Shown piece by piece: positions 1 through 12,323 of a DNA stretch of 64,000 bases. This DNA is from Antedon mediterranea (Eukaryota; Animalia; Echinodermata), in assembly GCF_964355755.1 (NCBI RefSeq), contig NC_092671.1:19468001-19532000 (forward strand). The letters are read 5' to 3'. Each line of letters begins with the position of its first letter. Position 1 is the first letter of the stretch. Below the pieces are notes generated by a model. It searched no databases, was not told the DNA's origin, and saw only the letters and a list, made by a program, of their open reading frames with translations. A program made the position numbers and the translations under genes.

Positions 1-610
1 TGTTTTTGTGGTAGCCCGTATAACAAAGAGATACTCATATCTAGGCGATATGAACAAGTTGTTCAGCTGCTGCATAGTCAATTATTTACGAATCCTCTAG
101 CCTAAATGTTACGCAAATTAAAAGACGACGCAGAAATAGTTTTTGAGATATGAGAAACCATCGTCATTATTCAACTCAAGATTTCCAACATGATCTGTCG
201 GGTCAATTTTTGTTTCACCAATGTAAATATACAATTTGGTTTTTCCAACTGTTGATGTGATCCAAAAGTATATATTCTGTTTTTTCATTGTTTAATTTTA
301 GAAAGTTATTTTTCATTCAGACACGCAATTCATACTAGATACAATTTTGGAGCGATTTTAAAGAAATGTTACTGTGTGCCATTTGTAGGCTTAAATGAAA
401 TATAAAGCTGAGTATCATCAGCATAAATATAGTACAGATCATATTTACTAATTATCACGAATCGGATGTAAATAATTAATTGTAAACAATTTTGCGGCCC
501 AAGCACAGATCATTGTAGTACCGATAGTTTAATAAAGAGCTTTAAGATACATACATGTTGAGGTCTATTTTCCAAATATGACCGGCACCAATCAAGTGTA
601 GGCCTATTTC
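1..610 (-). mobile_element. Degenerate L2/CR1-type LINE reverse transcriptase fragment
   Basis: Minus strand near 428-388 reads YADDTQLYISFKP (RT catalytic YADD motif with the L2-typical TQLY). Upstream remnants WCRSYLENRPQ (about 590-560) and a broken GVPQGSVLGP (about 520-493). Many frameshifts. Confidence 0.75.
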
Positions 611-984
611 CTTCATCACCAAAGTTACCATGGTAACAGGTGTACTATTTTTTCGCAAAAAAACGCCATTATTATTGTACCAATGTATAAAACAAAAATT
701 GGCGTAAATTAATTATTGAATTTAGGAGATATTATTTTTTATTTTTCTTAGGGGGGTTTTCAGGAATTTCATAGATGGACAATTTTTTATATTTTTAAAA
801 AGGCTATAACTCAGATGTTAACGGTTCAAAAGCAACCATGGTGTAGGCATGGTTGGTTGAATGGTTGCTCTTGTTGTTTCCATTAAAATTATCGTGGGCA
901 ATCATGTAATTTCTGTGTAGTGTTTATAGATAAATGGTTGAAATTTACATTTTCTCATGTTATTTGTAGTATACAGAAATAGGT

Positions 985-1160
985 GTTAAAGAACCTAGTA
1001 CATCTTTCGAGACGAGTAGGGTGTTACCCCGGTGTACTAGTTCATTCATACACACACACACTGTCGTGGACAGACGTATTGGTGCCAGCCGTAGTTGGCT
1101 GCCGATTTCACAATGGTACCCTTAGTGGAGCAGTAGCCTTCAACTATGAAGAAGAATAAA
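985..1160 (+). mobile_element. SINE fragment with Deu/Nin-like central domain
   Basis: GTTAAAGAACCTAGTACATCTTTCGAGACGAGTAGGGGTGTTACCCCGGTGT resembles the recalled DeuSINE/AmnSINE core; ends in a (GAA)n/A-rich tail. Confidence 0.5.
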
Positions 1161-1299
1161 AAAATAGAAGAAGAGAAGAAAACTTGACCCTAATTATCTC
1201 TTTAACATTACCCTTAAGATTCAGAATAACACATTTAATTTTGCATTAGGAGGAGTCTAGGTTATGTACAAATATAAATGTAAACCTAAATATTCAAAA

Positions 1300-1885
1300 T
1301 ATCATTTTTGAGTTAGCCATAAAATAGTAATAAATTATTATAAGTTATTTATGGAGTAGAATTTGTTTAAGTTTAAAAGAAAATATTTTGTTTGAAGGTG
1401 CCATTTTAATTTCGTCGGGAAGATCATTAAATAATTTGGTGCCATGACTATAACGGATATTATGTTGCATTAATGTTAATTTGGTAAGGGGCGGGTGGAG
1501 GTTACAGGAGGATCTAGTTTTATGGGTATGAATACTATTATTTTTTATAAAGCTTCAAGAAAGTTTTAGTTGGAAGTAGACAGTTGACATGTTCATAGAC
1601 GAAGGTGCATTGTTGGAGGATATTGGTGTTTAGTTTTGGACAGTTAATAATTTAAGGTCAGAGAAAAGCTCACTAGTGTGATCTAGGCGTGATGCACCAG
1701 AGATAAGGCAAATAGCTTCTTTTGGAGAATAAAAATGTGGTTGAGGTTTGAGACATAGTTTTTTGCCCAGACAATATTACAGTAAGAAATAAAAGGTAAA
1801 ACAAGTGAACAATAAATCATGCGAAGGACTTCTTTGGGCAAGTAAAATGAAAGACGATATAAAATTCCAATTAGGTAAAGCATAA
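1300..1885 (-). mobile_element. 5'-truncated CR1/L2-like LINE, ORF2 C-terminus
   Basis: ORF 1683-1883 IGILYRLSFYLPKEVLRMIYCSLVLPFISYCNIVW...LQKK matches the typical post-RT C-terminal region of CR1/L2 ORF2, followed by a degenerate continuation and an AT-rich tail. Confidence 0.7.
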
Positions 1886-1905
1886 TCTCTGTTATGTTGT
1901 TATCA

Positions 1906-1988
1906 GATTCTATAGTGTAGTGGTTATCATCTGCCCGGCCATCTGCCTAACACGCAGAAGGTCCCGAGTTCGAGCCCTGGCGGAATCA
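1906..1988 (+). pseudogene. tRNA-Val(AAC) pseudogene or tRNA-derived SINE head
   Basis: GATTCTATAGTGTAGTGGTTATCA[TCTGCCCGGC]CATCTGCCTAACACGCAGAAGGTCCCGAGTTCGAGCCCTGGCGGAATCA: A box, CTAACAC anticodon loop, B box (GTTCGAG) and acceptor stem GATTC/GAATC are present, but there is a 10-nt insertion after the D arm and stem mismatches. Confidence 0.7.
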
Positions 1989-2015
1989 CTCTCAACCTAG
2001 ATTTTTACAATATAA

Positions 2016-2580
2016 GGGGCATTCCCACCTGTTCCGTATCGCGGAATGGAGGACGGCGCCGTTCATTTCAACATGACGCGCCCGTTTACCGTTCCGTGAA
2101 AAACGTTCACGGAATTATTACATTCGAACGTTCCGTCACGTATTCCGTGACCTCGCATCATGACAACGGTGTCAAACGTTATTTTCATTAAAATGGCAGC
2201 CGTTTCTGGGTGGTCATCATCAGATGATAGTGAGGAAGATTGGATATCATTTTTTTCCGCTGTAATTTTAGCCAGAAGGAAAGAGAAATGGGTTAACGAG
2301 GTCTGTTGTTCTGAGAGAAAGAAATTCATGGGTCAGTTTCAAACGTTGGTAAAGCATAATTTGGCGACCAATGAAGATGAGTTCTTCAATTATTTTTTGA
2401 ATGACGCCTCACCAATACGGTTATCTGGTCGATTTGATTAAAGATGACATTAAAAAACTTAGGCCTAAATACAAGATTCAGAGAGAGTATATGCGAAAGA
2501 ACGTCTATCCATCTGTTTAAGGTAAGGTATTGAAATTAAATTCCCCCCTAAGCATGATTCATTAAAAAAAACTTCAATAT
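2016..2580 (+). mobile_element. PIF/Harbinger transposon left end with decayed transposase first exon
   Basis: TAA followed by a GGGGCATTCCCACC terminus. Coding remnant ...EDEFFNYF/MTPHQY..LVDLIKDDI...RFRESI/ERLSICLR then a GTAAG donor at 2522, matching the N-terminal HARBI1-type transposase pattern. Frameshifted. Confidence 0.65.
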
Positions 2581-2590
2581 GCCACCTCAT

Positions 2591-3090
2591 ACTTACTTAC
2601 TTACTTAAGCCTTGTTACACCTAGCAGTGCATAGGCCATCAACTACACGTCTCCATCTGACACGGTTCTGGGCAATTCCTTCCACCTCTGTCCAGTTATA
2701 GCCAGCATCCTTTACCTCCTGATCCAGTTCCCTCCTCCATGTGTTCCTTGGTCGTCCTCTTTTTCGTTTTCCTTGGGGATTCTATGTTAGGGCATGCCTA
2801 GTTATGTTGTGTTTTGGTTTCCTTAGTGTGTGACCAATCCATTTCCATTTCCTTCTGCTAATTTCAATTTCCACTGGCTCTTGTCCAGTTCTAACCCAGA
2901 GATCCTCATTTCTTATTTTTTTCTGGCCACCATATTCTGAGAATCCTTCTCAGACATTTATTGATGAACACTTGGATTTTCCTTATTATTTGTAGTAGTC
3001 CTCCATGATCCATATAACAGTACTGATTTGACATTTGAGTTGAATATTTTGATCTTTGTTTCTGTGCTGATGTATCTTGCCTTCCATACC
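2591..3090 (-). mobile_element. RTE-clade LINE 3' fragment
   Basis: Minus strand [20 protein letters not shown]...[10 protein letters not shown]...GKRKRGRPRNTWRR...AQNRVRWR is the classic RTE ORF C-terminus; (GTAA)n 3' tail at 2591-2607. Confidence 0.85.
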
Positions 3091-3469
3091 TCATAGTAGG
3101 TAGTATATGCATAGGGCCTATGATTATAAAGTTATTCATTTTCACAAACAAAAATTAATTCAGTTACATAGTACAATTTATTTTAGAAGTTAATAAATGC
3201 ATAATTGGCACGCCATAGAAGTAAAGCATGCTCTCCTCTCCTCTCTCCAGCCTCTCTCTCTCTCTGAGCTGTTTGATGGCTGGCTGGTTGGTTGGCGCGC
3301 TGGCAAGCTGTGTGTGCCGCCGTATTTTCAGAAAGTCACGGTGTACTTGGCCTAGGAAGCTATTGTATAAAGGCTAGGCTACATATGTAACATTTGTTGT
3401 TGCTTATATAACAAAACAGGTATATTTAAATAAAATGAAAATTTACAATAGTTAAATGATGTTAGCCTT

Positions 3470-3860
3470 GCGGCTAGGCTTGTTGGATTCGCTTGTTGTT
3501 TTATGTCTAGGCCTATAGGCTAGGCCTAGCTAGGCCTACTAGGCCTAGCCTAGCTAGCCTACCTACTAGGGTAGGCCAAGGCCTATAGGCTAGGCCCTAG
3601 AAGTCCAGGCCTACTAGCCTAGGGCCTAACTTAACTAGGCTAGGCCTAGGTAGGTAGACTAGGAGGTGATCCGTTGTTTTGTTGAAATTTGTAGCCAGCA
3701 GACAGAGCAGTGCTGGGTTGTCTCACAGTGTTTGTTTCGGTGGTATACTTCCTAGCTTGGCTAGCTAGCTAGCCTAGGTAGGTAGGCCTTATTATTAGCT
3801 AGAGGGATTGCCTTCTAGGGCTAGAATATAGGCCTAGGCTAGTAGTAGGCCTAGGCCCAG
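3470..3860. repeat. TAGGCCTA/CTAG-rich low-complexity tract
   Basis: Dense TAGGCCTA and TAGCTAG motifs. Similar tracts at 18040-18410 and 52430-52730. Confidence 0.8.
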
Positions 3861-3862
3861 AT

Positions 3863-4682
3863 TAGGCCAAGTTGAGCCGCCGACAAGTTGAGCCGCCGCT
3901 AGAAAAACATTATTTTCTATAAAATGCTAAATGCTAACTTTCGCCGGTGCTCGTTTCTATTTAATAGAAGTTCTATTTTTATTGGTGGGGATAACAATGT
4001 AATTCAAAAGTTTATATCACGATTTTTCGTATATATTATTAAATATTACAATTTAAAGAAATTTATGAAAATCTGACTTGTAGATTCCAAAATATAAGGC
4101 CTAAAACATCACTGAAAATGATCGTTTTTAGCCAATAATGACGTAAACATGTTGCCCCCCCCCCCCCTCAGGCGGCAGTTGTATGAACTAGGCCTAAAGG
4201 CCTACTCCATTTTTCGGTAAAATAATTACGTAAAATCAGCGTTTTTTAGGAAAATATTTTGTGTATTAAAATAGTAAAATTCAATAAAATATGGTGTTAA
4301 AAGATAGTAAATAAAAATAATAATTATTTAACCTCATTCGAAGAATACCAATACTCTATTAGTCCTGGAGACAACGTGATTTTACGTGGTAGGCCTCCAC
4401 GCGAACAACATTTTATGGAGTGCACAGCATTTTTACCTTGAAAGATTAAAAAACAATTACATTATTAAATATGACTACCTTCTATTGCTGTGTTATGGCG
4501 GTTCAAACCAACAAAATTGTAGTATGTAATTATATATTATTTATTTTCATGACACAATAAACATAAAGACCATGAACTTATATTATTATTATGTACAGGA
4601 CACCGCTCTAATCACTACGCGAAATATCGTAAAAGACGCACTGGGCGTTTCATAGAAATTACCGGCGGCTCAACTTGCCCTA
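3863..4682. mobile_element. Non-autonomous TIR DNA transposon (MITE-like, about 820 bp)
   Basis: Left TAGGCCAAGTTGAGCCGCCG (3863-3882) and right CGGCGGCTCAACTTGCCCTA (4663-4682) form a 19/20 inverted repeat; no long ORF inside. Confidence 0.65.
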
Positions 4683-5099
4683 GGCCCTACTACTACAGTA
4701 AGTATTTTTTGCCTAGAAGGAAATTCGGTCAAGAAAATGTGAATGAAGACCTGACTGACTAGGCCTAGCTAGGCCTATACCTATTTTGGCTAAAAAAACT
4801 CCGTCCTAGCTAGGTTTAACTGTTTGGTGAAAGATGAAATATCAGTACAGTATGTGTAATCTGGGAAGGTAATAAGTACAAAAATAGATCCGGGCCTAAT
4901 CAAATTTTGATTTCATTGTATACTACTACTGTACATGTCGGACTTTAGGTCGATATCCCCGAGTTGTACAATGAATGATTAAATTTACCCCCTAACTTGT
5001 TTTATGTTGGAATGGACAGGGAATATCAGTAAAGGGGATAAAGACCAAATTGAAAAGGTGCTGGGTAGAGCGGGGAAAGTAATTGGTTAGTCTGTGCAA

Positions 5100-5290
5100 A
5101 CGCTTGACTCTTTCTACAGCAAACACATCAATCATCCTCCCTCTCCATAGCGACATTATCAGCTCCGTAATCATTAGAAGTGGTAAGATAAGGGAGGTGA
5201 ATGCACAGATGGACCGTTGCAAGTACTCGTTCTACCCAGCTGGGATACGACATTATAACAAAAGATTTGTTAGATAGTTCTTTTTTTTTC
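5100..5290 (+). mobile_element. LINE 3'-end remnant (L2/Rex1-like)
   Basis: Peptide RSGKIREVNAQMDRCKYSFYPAGIRHYN resembles the R..SF(F/Y)P..I..(L/W)N terminal motif of LINE ORF2. Confidence 0.5.
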
Positions 5291-5757
5291 CCTTATATTT
5301 ATTTTAGGCAATCCAAGATGTGAGCACTGTAATTTAATTATATTGTTAGATATTTAAAAGGAATCTTTATCTGTAAAATTAATATTTAGTAATCAATTTT
5401 TCTTTTACGTAATTTGTTGCATAAATAAAAGACAGTCAGACGTACACTCTCTATTAAAGAAGTATTGTCCCCCAAAAACATGAAAAATGAAGATTAATTA
5501 TTTAAATCAAACTTTGAATTGGTTAGTTTTAATAAAGTTAATCACTTCCATAGAAAAAAACCAAACATTTTCCGTTATAAAATAACATGATCAAAATAAA
5601 TTTTTTAGATTCAATTTTTGGTCAAGGTAAATTTCACCTAAAATCTAAATGACGAAAATGTATGTATTAAGCGGAGTCATTGAAATCACACCAAACATTG
5701 AGATCATTAAGAATTAATTCTTAAACTCTTATATTTTTATACGCTCTTGTAGACAAC

Positions 5758-8700
5758 ATGAGCCTTGTTGGTGGTCGAGAGAAGCGTGTTACAGCTGGCA
5801 ACAGGCTTCATCGTATGTTAGCTGAAGAAGCGGATGAGGATGACTTTTATAAAACAACATATGGTGGATTTTCAGAGGTAAATTACTAATATAACAAATT
5901 TTCAGTCATAGTGACTTTTTGTAGAATTTCATATTATTAGTGGTGATCTTGTACTGTGCTTATTAGTGGTGATCTTGTACTGTGCTTATTAGTGGTGATC
6001 TTGTATTGTGCTTATTAGTGGTGATCTTGTACTGTGCTTATTAGTGGTGATCTTGTACTGTGCTTATTAGTGGTGATCTTGTACTGTGCTTATTAGTGGT
6101 GATCTTGTACTGTGCTTATTAGTGGTGATCTTGTACTGTGCTTATTAGTGGTGATCTTGTACTGTGCTTATTAGTGGTGATCTTGTACTGTGCTTATTAG
6201 TGGTGATCTTGTACTGTGCTTATTAGTGGTGATCTTGTACTGTGCTTATTAGTGGTGATCTTGTACTGTGCTTATTAGTGGTGATCTTGTACTGTGCTTA
6301 TTAGTGGTGATCTTGTACTGTGCTTATTAGTGGTGATCTTGTACTGTGCTTATTAGTGGTGATCTTGTACTGTGCTTATTAGTGGTGATCTTGTACTGTG
6401 CTTATTAGTGGTGATCTTGTACTGTGCTTATTAGTTGTGATCTTGTACTGTGCTTATTAGTGGTGATCTTGTACTGTGCTTTTACTTCTATGCCTAACAT
6501 TTGAAAGTTCTATCACTTTAGTTTTTGTAAAATAATTGATTTATTTAATGTAAATTGAATTTAAGGCATTTTTATAGTATTTCAGATTTTCCCACACAAA
6601 GCAACATAATTTGAAAAAACAAGTGAACGCTGTACAAGGAGGGCCATGGGAACACCATTATCACTTGGGCACACCTACCGTCTTTCTTAAATCAATATTA
6701 ATAAATTATTATATATATTAAATAAATTAAAATATTGTGCGCCCCTGAAAATGAGAAGATTCACAATAAGTAGACAGGTTCTAGACAGAAATTTCTCATT
6801 TTGGCAAACATGGCATGTCAAAACTATGAGCTGGTGGCGCTACATAAAAAGGGACAATAACTAGTCTGAAACTTGTGGCAAGTCTACTCAATAGGTATTT
6901 TGTACTTGACAGGAAGTTGATGACAATGAATATGAAAGTGAAGCAAGTGGTAAAGAATCATCAAGTGATAGTGACATTAGTGAATCGGAAGATGATGAAC
7001 CAGAATCAAATGATGAAGATGAAGGACCAAAAAGAAAGAAGAGAGTTGTTACTAAAGCTTATAAGGTAAGAAAAGATAAAAGACCAAAAAGGAAGAAAAG
7101 TGTTGTTACTAAACTTATAAGGTGAGAAAAGATAAAGGACCAAAAAGGAAGAAAAGTGTTGTTACTAAACTTATAAGCTAAGAAAAAATAAAGGACCAAA
7201 AAGGAAGAAAAGAGTTGTTTCTAAATCTTATAAGGTAAGAAAGGATAAAGGACCAAAAAAAAAAAAAAGAGTTGTTACTAAATCTTATAAGGTAAGGAAA
7301 GATAAAGGACCAACAAGGAAAAAAAGAGTTGTTACTAAATCTTATAAGGTAAGAAAAGATGAAGGACCAACAAGGAAAAAAAGAGTTGTTACTAAATCTT
7401 ATAAGGTAAGGAAAGATAAAGGACCAACAAGGAAAAAAAGAGTTGTTACTAAATCTTATAAGGTAAGAAAAGATGAAGGACCAACAAGAAAAAAAAAGAG
7501 TTGTTACTAAATCCTATAAGGTAAGGAAAGATAAAGGACCAACAAGGAAAAAAAGAGTTGTTACTAAATCTTATAAGGTAAGGTAAGAAAAGATGAAGGA
7601 CCAACAAGGAGAAAAAGAGTTGTTACTAAATCTTATAAGGTAAGAAAAGATGAAGGACCAACAAGGAAGAAAAGAGTTGTTACTAAATCTTATAAGGTAA
7701 GGAAAGATAAAAGACCCACAAAAAAAAAGTTTATAGAGTAATAAAAGATGAGGTACCAAAAAAGAATTGTTTGCAAGGTAATAAAAAATGACTAAAAAGA
7801 AAGAGTTGTTACTAAATTGTATAAGGTAAAAGATAAAAGACCAAAAAGCTTATTAGTTAAGAAAAGCCAAAGAGAATTTGTTGTACTTAAGTGTACTATA
7901 CTTAAGCTTCACGTACTGTATTTTATTACATGTATTAATAATATTCATTATTTAGGAACCTGTCAAAAAACCATCAAAACCAAAAAGCAGTAGTAAGCCT
8001 CATCAAGAGAAAACAATTGTTGAAAAGAAATCTTCCCAGAGAATAGACACGGATGCAAGCAAGCAAAGTTTATCATCATCTTGTAAGTGTGGTACATAAA
8101 ATTTTCTAAGGAATCACTATAATAATATCAGGTGTAACGATTTAACTACTGTTTTTATATAAGAATTTTGCCAAATTCTATAATTGACCATTTTAAAAAG
8201 TTTTTAGTAGTGGTTTCTGTTTTTTTCTTTATGTATAAAAAAAACTTACAAGTTCAACCAGTTAATTAACAAATTTGCCTTATACTAAAGTTACAGATAT
8301 ATTGCCCCCCTAATGTTGAATTTATTTTAACAGGAAGGAAAACAATGGGTTATTAGGAAAATATTTTTAACTATTGTGGAGTAGCTTTGCGTCAGGCAGT
8401 TGAGTCAGATGTTTGCCATACTCTAATGGAAGAAAAGTGTTCTAGCCATCAGCACAAGCTTGATGGTCTATAGAGGTACATGAACAGAAAGCTAGTGATC
8501 TGGAGGGCATGGGGTCGGATTCTACCCAAGAATAACTTGCATTACATTATTTTTTTGTTTTCAATGTACTTAGTATAAAGTACAAAATTATGTCCGAGTA
8601 GGGCAAACATATGACCAATGTTTTTTTTTCTTTGGGAGTGAATGACTTTGAATTGAATATTAATCTTTTCATTCATCATTTTTTGGGGACATTTCATTTT

Positions 8701-11004
8701 TAAGCTGTGATTTTGAACAAATCATGTTCACATTATCCAAGCTTATTCATATGTGTAACATTAGATTTTTAATAAAGATGTATAGAAACTGGTTTGCTTC
8801 CTGTCTTAAGCGGTGTACTTGTTTATTAGGAGGGAAACTTCAAAAGGGAGTGAATTGATTTAAGAAAGCACCCTCTAGAGACATGGGATTTCCGTGCTAT
8901 GATAATCTTTACTTTATGTCAAGGAAAGCTTAAAATTTTATTGGAAGAATGCGACCTATGGAGACCAAAATAACTTCCTATAGATTATAATCTAGAAGGG
9001 TGAAGTATATTTTAGTTCTTAAAACATATGGTCTTTCTTAAGATAAGTGCATCCTGTGTTTGTGAAAAGCTTGGGTACTTAACATAAAAAGCATCGTGTA
9101 TTGCTATCCATCGAGATAGAGTATTTAGTTTTTTACATATAGTAGAAAAATGGTTTTTCTACCCCTGAATAGTCGAATACTAACAGGGTTTGAGAAAAAT
9201 AGAATAGGTGTTGAGATTGGGGATGTTTCAAGATTTTTAATGTAATTTGGCTTATCAGTTCAATTTAATTTTCATAAGATACATCATAACAAAAAAATGA
9301 GAGTTTACAAAATGTACAACTTTAATAAGCCCAGAGGACTTTAAAGCTAGTTCCACCAGAAAAAAGAGTAAAAAAGTATAATTATATATTTCAATATGAA
9401 AATATTTTAGAAGTTATATTTGAAGATTGAAAGTAGAAATACAAATTTGTATATAATTTGCCATGAGTATTCTTGACTTACATATTGATAAGTAATACTT
9501 AAAATTATCAGCATTTTATTTAACATTTATATTTAGTGAGAAAATCATCAAGGAGATCTACGATACAAAGAGTAACAGAATTTAAATCTAGAATCAAAGA
9601 ACGTGAAGAGAAAGCGAAAAAAATGAAAGAGCAAGTGTCAAAGAAGAATGCACCAGAAGTACGTCGATTAACGCAGGAAGAACTTCTTAAAGAAGCTAAG
9701 AAAACAGAAATTGAAAACATTGCTTCTCTCAGTAAGTACACATTTAGTAGAGAATTGGTATATAAAATGCATGTCATGTTTACAGTATGGTTAATAGAAG
9801 ATCATTAAGTTAAAAAGTTAAGAGGTTTAGAGAATAATATTATAGTCATCTTGTATCTTCTTTTATCACTCCTTAATTGTGTAAAGCTTGAGTCAACTTG
9901 ATGATAAATTAAAGTCGTTTAGCGCATAAAAACCAATAACTGCTGAACTGATAAGCTCAACGTCTTGAAAGTAACATATATTTATTTATATCAATGAATT
10001 CATGTTTTTTTCCTAAAACACTTTTGTTTTCCATGTAATGTATTCTTTCAATTTATCAATTTCAGAGGCATACCAACTTTTGGAAGCAAGTAGAAAGAAA
10101 CAGAAGTTTACAAAACAAGTTTACAAGGGTCCCACAATCAAATACCGCTCAATGTCAATGCCGTTAGTGGAGGAGATTAAAGATTCTAATTCTACTGATG
10201 TGGTTGTGGATAAGGATGATAACAAGTAAGTTGTACATTTATTATTTTTTTATTAATAATCAATATGCATGCTTCATGTATTAATAGCTAAGAAGTTATA
10301 TCAAGGTTTGGTTGCAGTAAATTATGGAAAAAGTAGTGTTTCTACCGAAGTAGGAAGCTAATTGATGTAAGGGTGTTGGCCTATGACACCATGCATACTT
10401 CTGAAAAAATAGTAAATACATCTCACTCTTCTTAAACAATTATTACTTTGACCGCATTCACAGCTTTTTGATCCTACTTTTTGTATAAATTCTGCACCCT
10501 ACTGATTTCATTTATTTGTTTGAAAAAAATGTCTAGAGCTTCTAAAGAGATGGTGAAAGACCTTGGAAAGATTTCTGTGGGAAACGAACATTTCTCCTGT
10601 CTGTATCTTAATTGCTTTATTTTATGTTTTGTCATTTTGAATAAAAAATGTTTACATACACTTGATTAACACTAAATTACTTAAATAATGATTTTATATT
10701 TGTTTACAGTGTAAAAGTTCCACCTGAAAAGAAGAAATTTTCGAGAAACTTTATCACGTTTAGTGACTCAAAAACATTTGATGAATACTTTCCAAAGAAA
10801 AAGAGCCGAAGCCATGGCAAGCAGATTTGTCCAGTTACACGACTACCTGCCAAATATCTTGATCCAATTACTAACATTCCTTACGCCACAATACAAGCCT
10901 TCAAAGTAATACGAGAAACATACGTACCAGAACATACAGAGGATTTGTTGGACTACAGAAAAGCGATTAAGTCATATCCACAACCAGTGAAAGCAAGTCA
11001 ATGA
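5758..11004 (+). CDS. VPS72: VPS72/YL1, H2A.Z chaperone subunit of SRCAP/TIP60
   Basis: Exons 5758-5877, 6913-7065, 7956-8082, 9537-9731, 10066-10225, 10710-11004, all GT-AG and phase-consistent. N-terminus MSLVGGREKRVTAGNRL...DDFYKTTYGGFSE, then KRKKRVVTKAYKEP, LTQEELLKEAKKTE and the YL1-C motif CPVTRLPAKYLDPITNIPYATIQAFKVIRE. Confidence 0.96.
5934..6479. repeat. 26-bp minisatellite, 21 copies, in first coding intron of VPS72
   Basis: TTATTAGTGGTGATCTTGTACTGTGC x21, nearly perfect. Confidence 0.95.
7018..7850 (+). repeat. About 57-bp tandem repeat made of the VPS72 exon-2 end plus its splice donor
   Basis: Unit GATGAAGGACCAAAAAGAAAGAAGAGAGTTGTTACTAAAGCTTATAAG|GTAAGAAAA repeated about 12-13 times, degenerating after about 7700. 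Confidence 0.92.
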
Positions 11005-11327
11005 AGACAATTTTAAATGGTATATGGCAGTTGGACTTAAGGGGCGAAGCTGTATGTTGTAGCATTTTAAGAAAAAAGAACAGTTGTTTTAACTGTTTTT
11101 TTTTTTCATCTTTAAAAAGATGCTAGACAGGGTTCTTGGATTCAAACAGTACAGGTTTTAGATTACCTCCCTAGAACAACTACTACCAGACAACTACCCT
11201 CTAGGACTGAACATGATGTAGTTATCCAAGAGGGAAATTTGTAAAATATTTTTTCACTATTGCTTGCCACTAAGATTTTGCAAACTATGCAATATTGGCA
11301 ATTATATGTACAAGTGTGATCTTGTAA

Positions 11328-11420
11328 AACTCTGTCTACACTATCAAACTAGTTTGACAAAAAAAGTGTGAAATGCCCAAATATGGGCATTTTTTTTTGT
11401 CACATAAAGTTTGAATGAGT
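11328..11420. mobile_element. Partial copy of MITE family also at 41437-41600
   Basis: CTCTGTCTACACTATCAAACTAGTTTGACAAAA shared with the 41437 copy. Confidence 0.6.
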
Positions 11421-12323
11421 TTTAAGAGCAGTATATCAAACCTACACAAATGGTTGAAATATATCTGTTATATTGTATACAGTATTGTAATATAGATGAA
11501 AACTCACCTGTTTGTGCCCAATACCAAGACAGTAGTTTCTTCAATTTGCTTTGTGGGCAAGCTAGTAAGTGAAATTTCTATACTGGTAATAATAAATCCA
11601 ATGCAAATTTTTTAAACGTGTTAGTTTTTATTTTATTATTCACATAAAGAAACATCAAATGATATATCAAAATTCAATTGATGCGTCAAACTTTTTTTGT
11701 AGCTTCATATATACCCCCATCAACGAGCGAAACTTCAGAGTTACCACACATCAGAGTGCATACATACAAAACACAGGTGTTAACGCCCCAACATGTATTA
11801 AACATCAGAGTTTGCTAAATTCGTCCACATTAGTTTTAATGAATGACCATTTCATGTCTCAAGAAGATACAAAAGAAATTATACAAAATATAGTAAATCT
11901 GGAATGTACATTTATCTATAACAAAACATTAATTTAAAAGGGAATTAAAAGGGAAAATTATAAGTGAAAATAGAATGTTTTGAAACCCAAATATTATCAC
12001 TGCCTGCTCTATAAAAATATAAGAAAACAATATATACCTATAATCTGAATGCACACATACTCGCATTTCATTTATAAAATCATTTAGCAAAGAAGCTTCT
12101 ATCGGCCAAGTTTTTGTTTAAAAAGGTTTCTACAACAAACAGCATTAGGTATACATATATTTGAAATGTAAACATTTTATTTACCACACATACGATTTTA
12201 CATGCCACAACTGATTTTCTATATACAAATAAATTGTAGCTATAATATTAATTTAAACTTTTTTTTATGTTTCGCTATTTAAATTAGACAATTTTGTACA
12301 AGCCTTAAGGATTTCTATTTGTT

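Noticed and set aside
624-637. Perfect RFX X-box palindrome GTTACCATGGTAAC
   Set aside because: Lies among repeat debris with no adjacent gene start visible in the window; cannot be assigned a target.
1906-1988. Functional tRNA-Val with an intron
   Set aside because: The insertion is between the D arm and anticodon stem, not at the canonical 37/38 position, and the stems have mismatches.
5934-6479. CRISPR-like regular array
   Set aside because: Head-to-tail identical 26-mers with no unique spacers, inside a eukaryotic intron, and no cas genes.
6875-7069. ORF-track peptide at VPS72 exon 2 (and 14372-14599 at MNS1 exon 5)
   Set aside because: Wrong frames; the true exon frames are given in the gene models.
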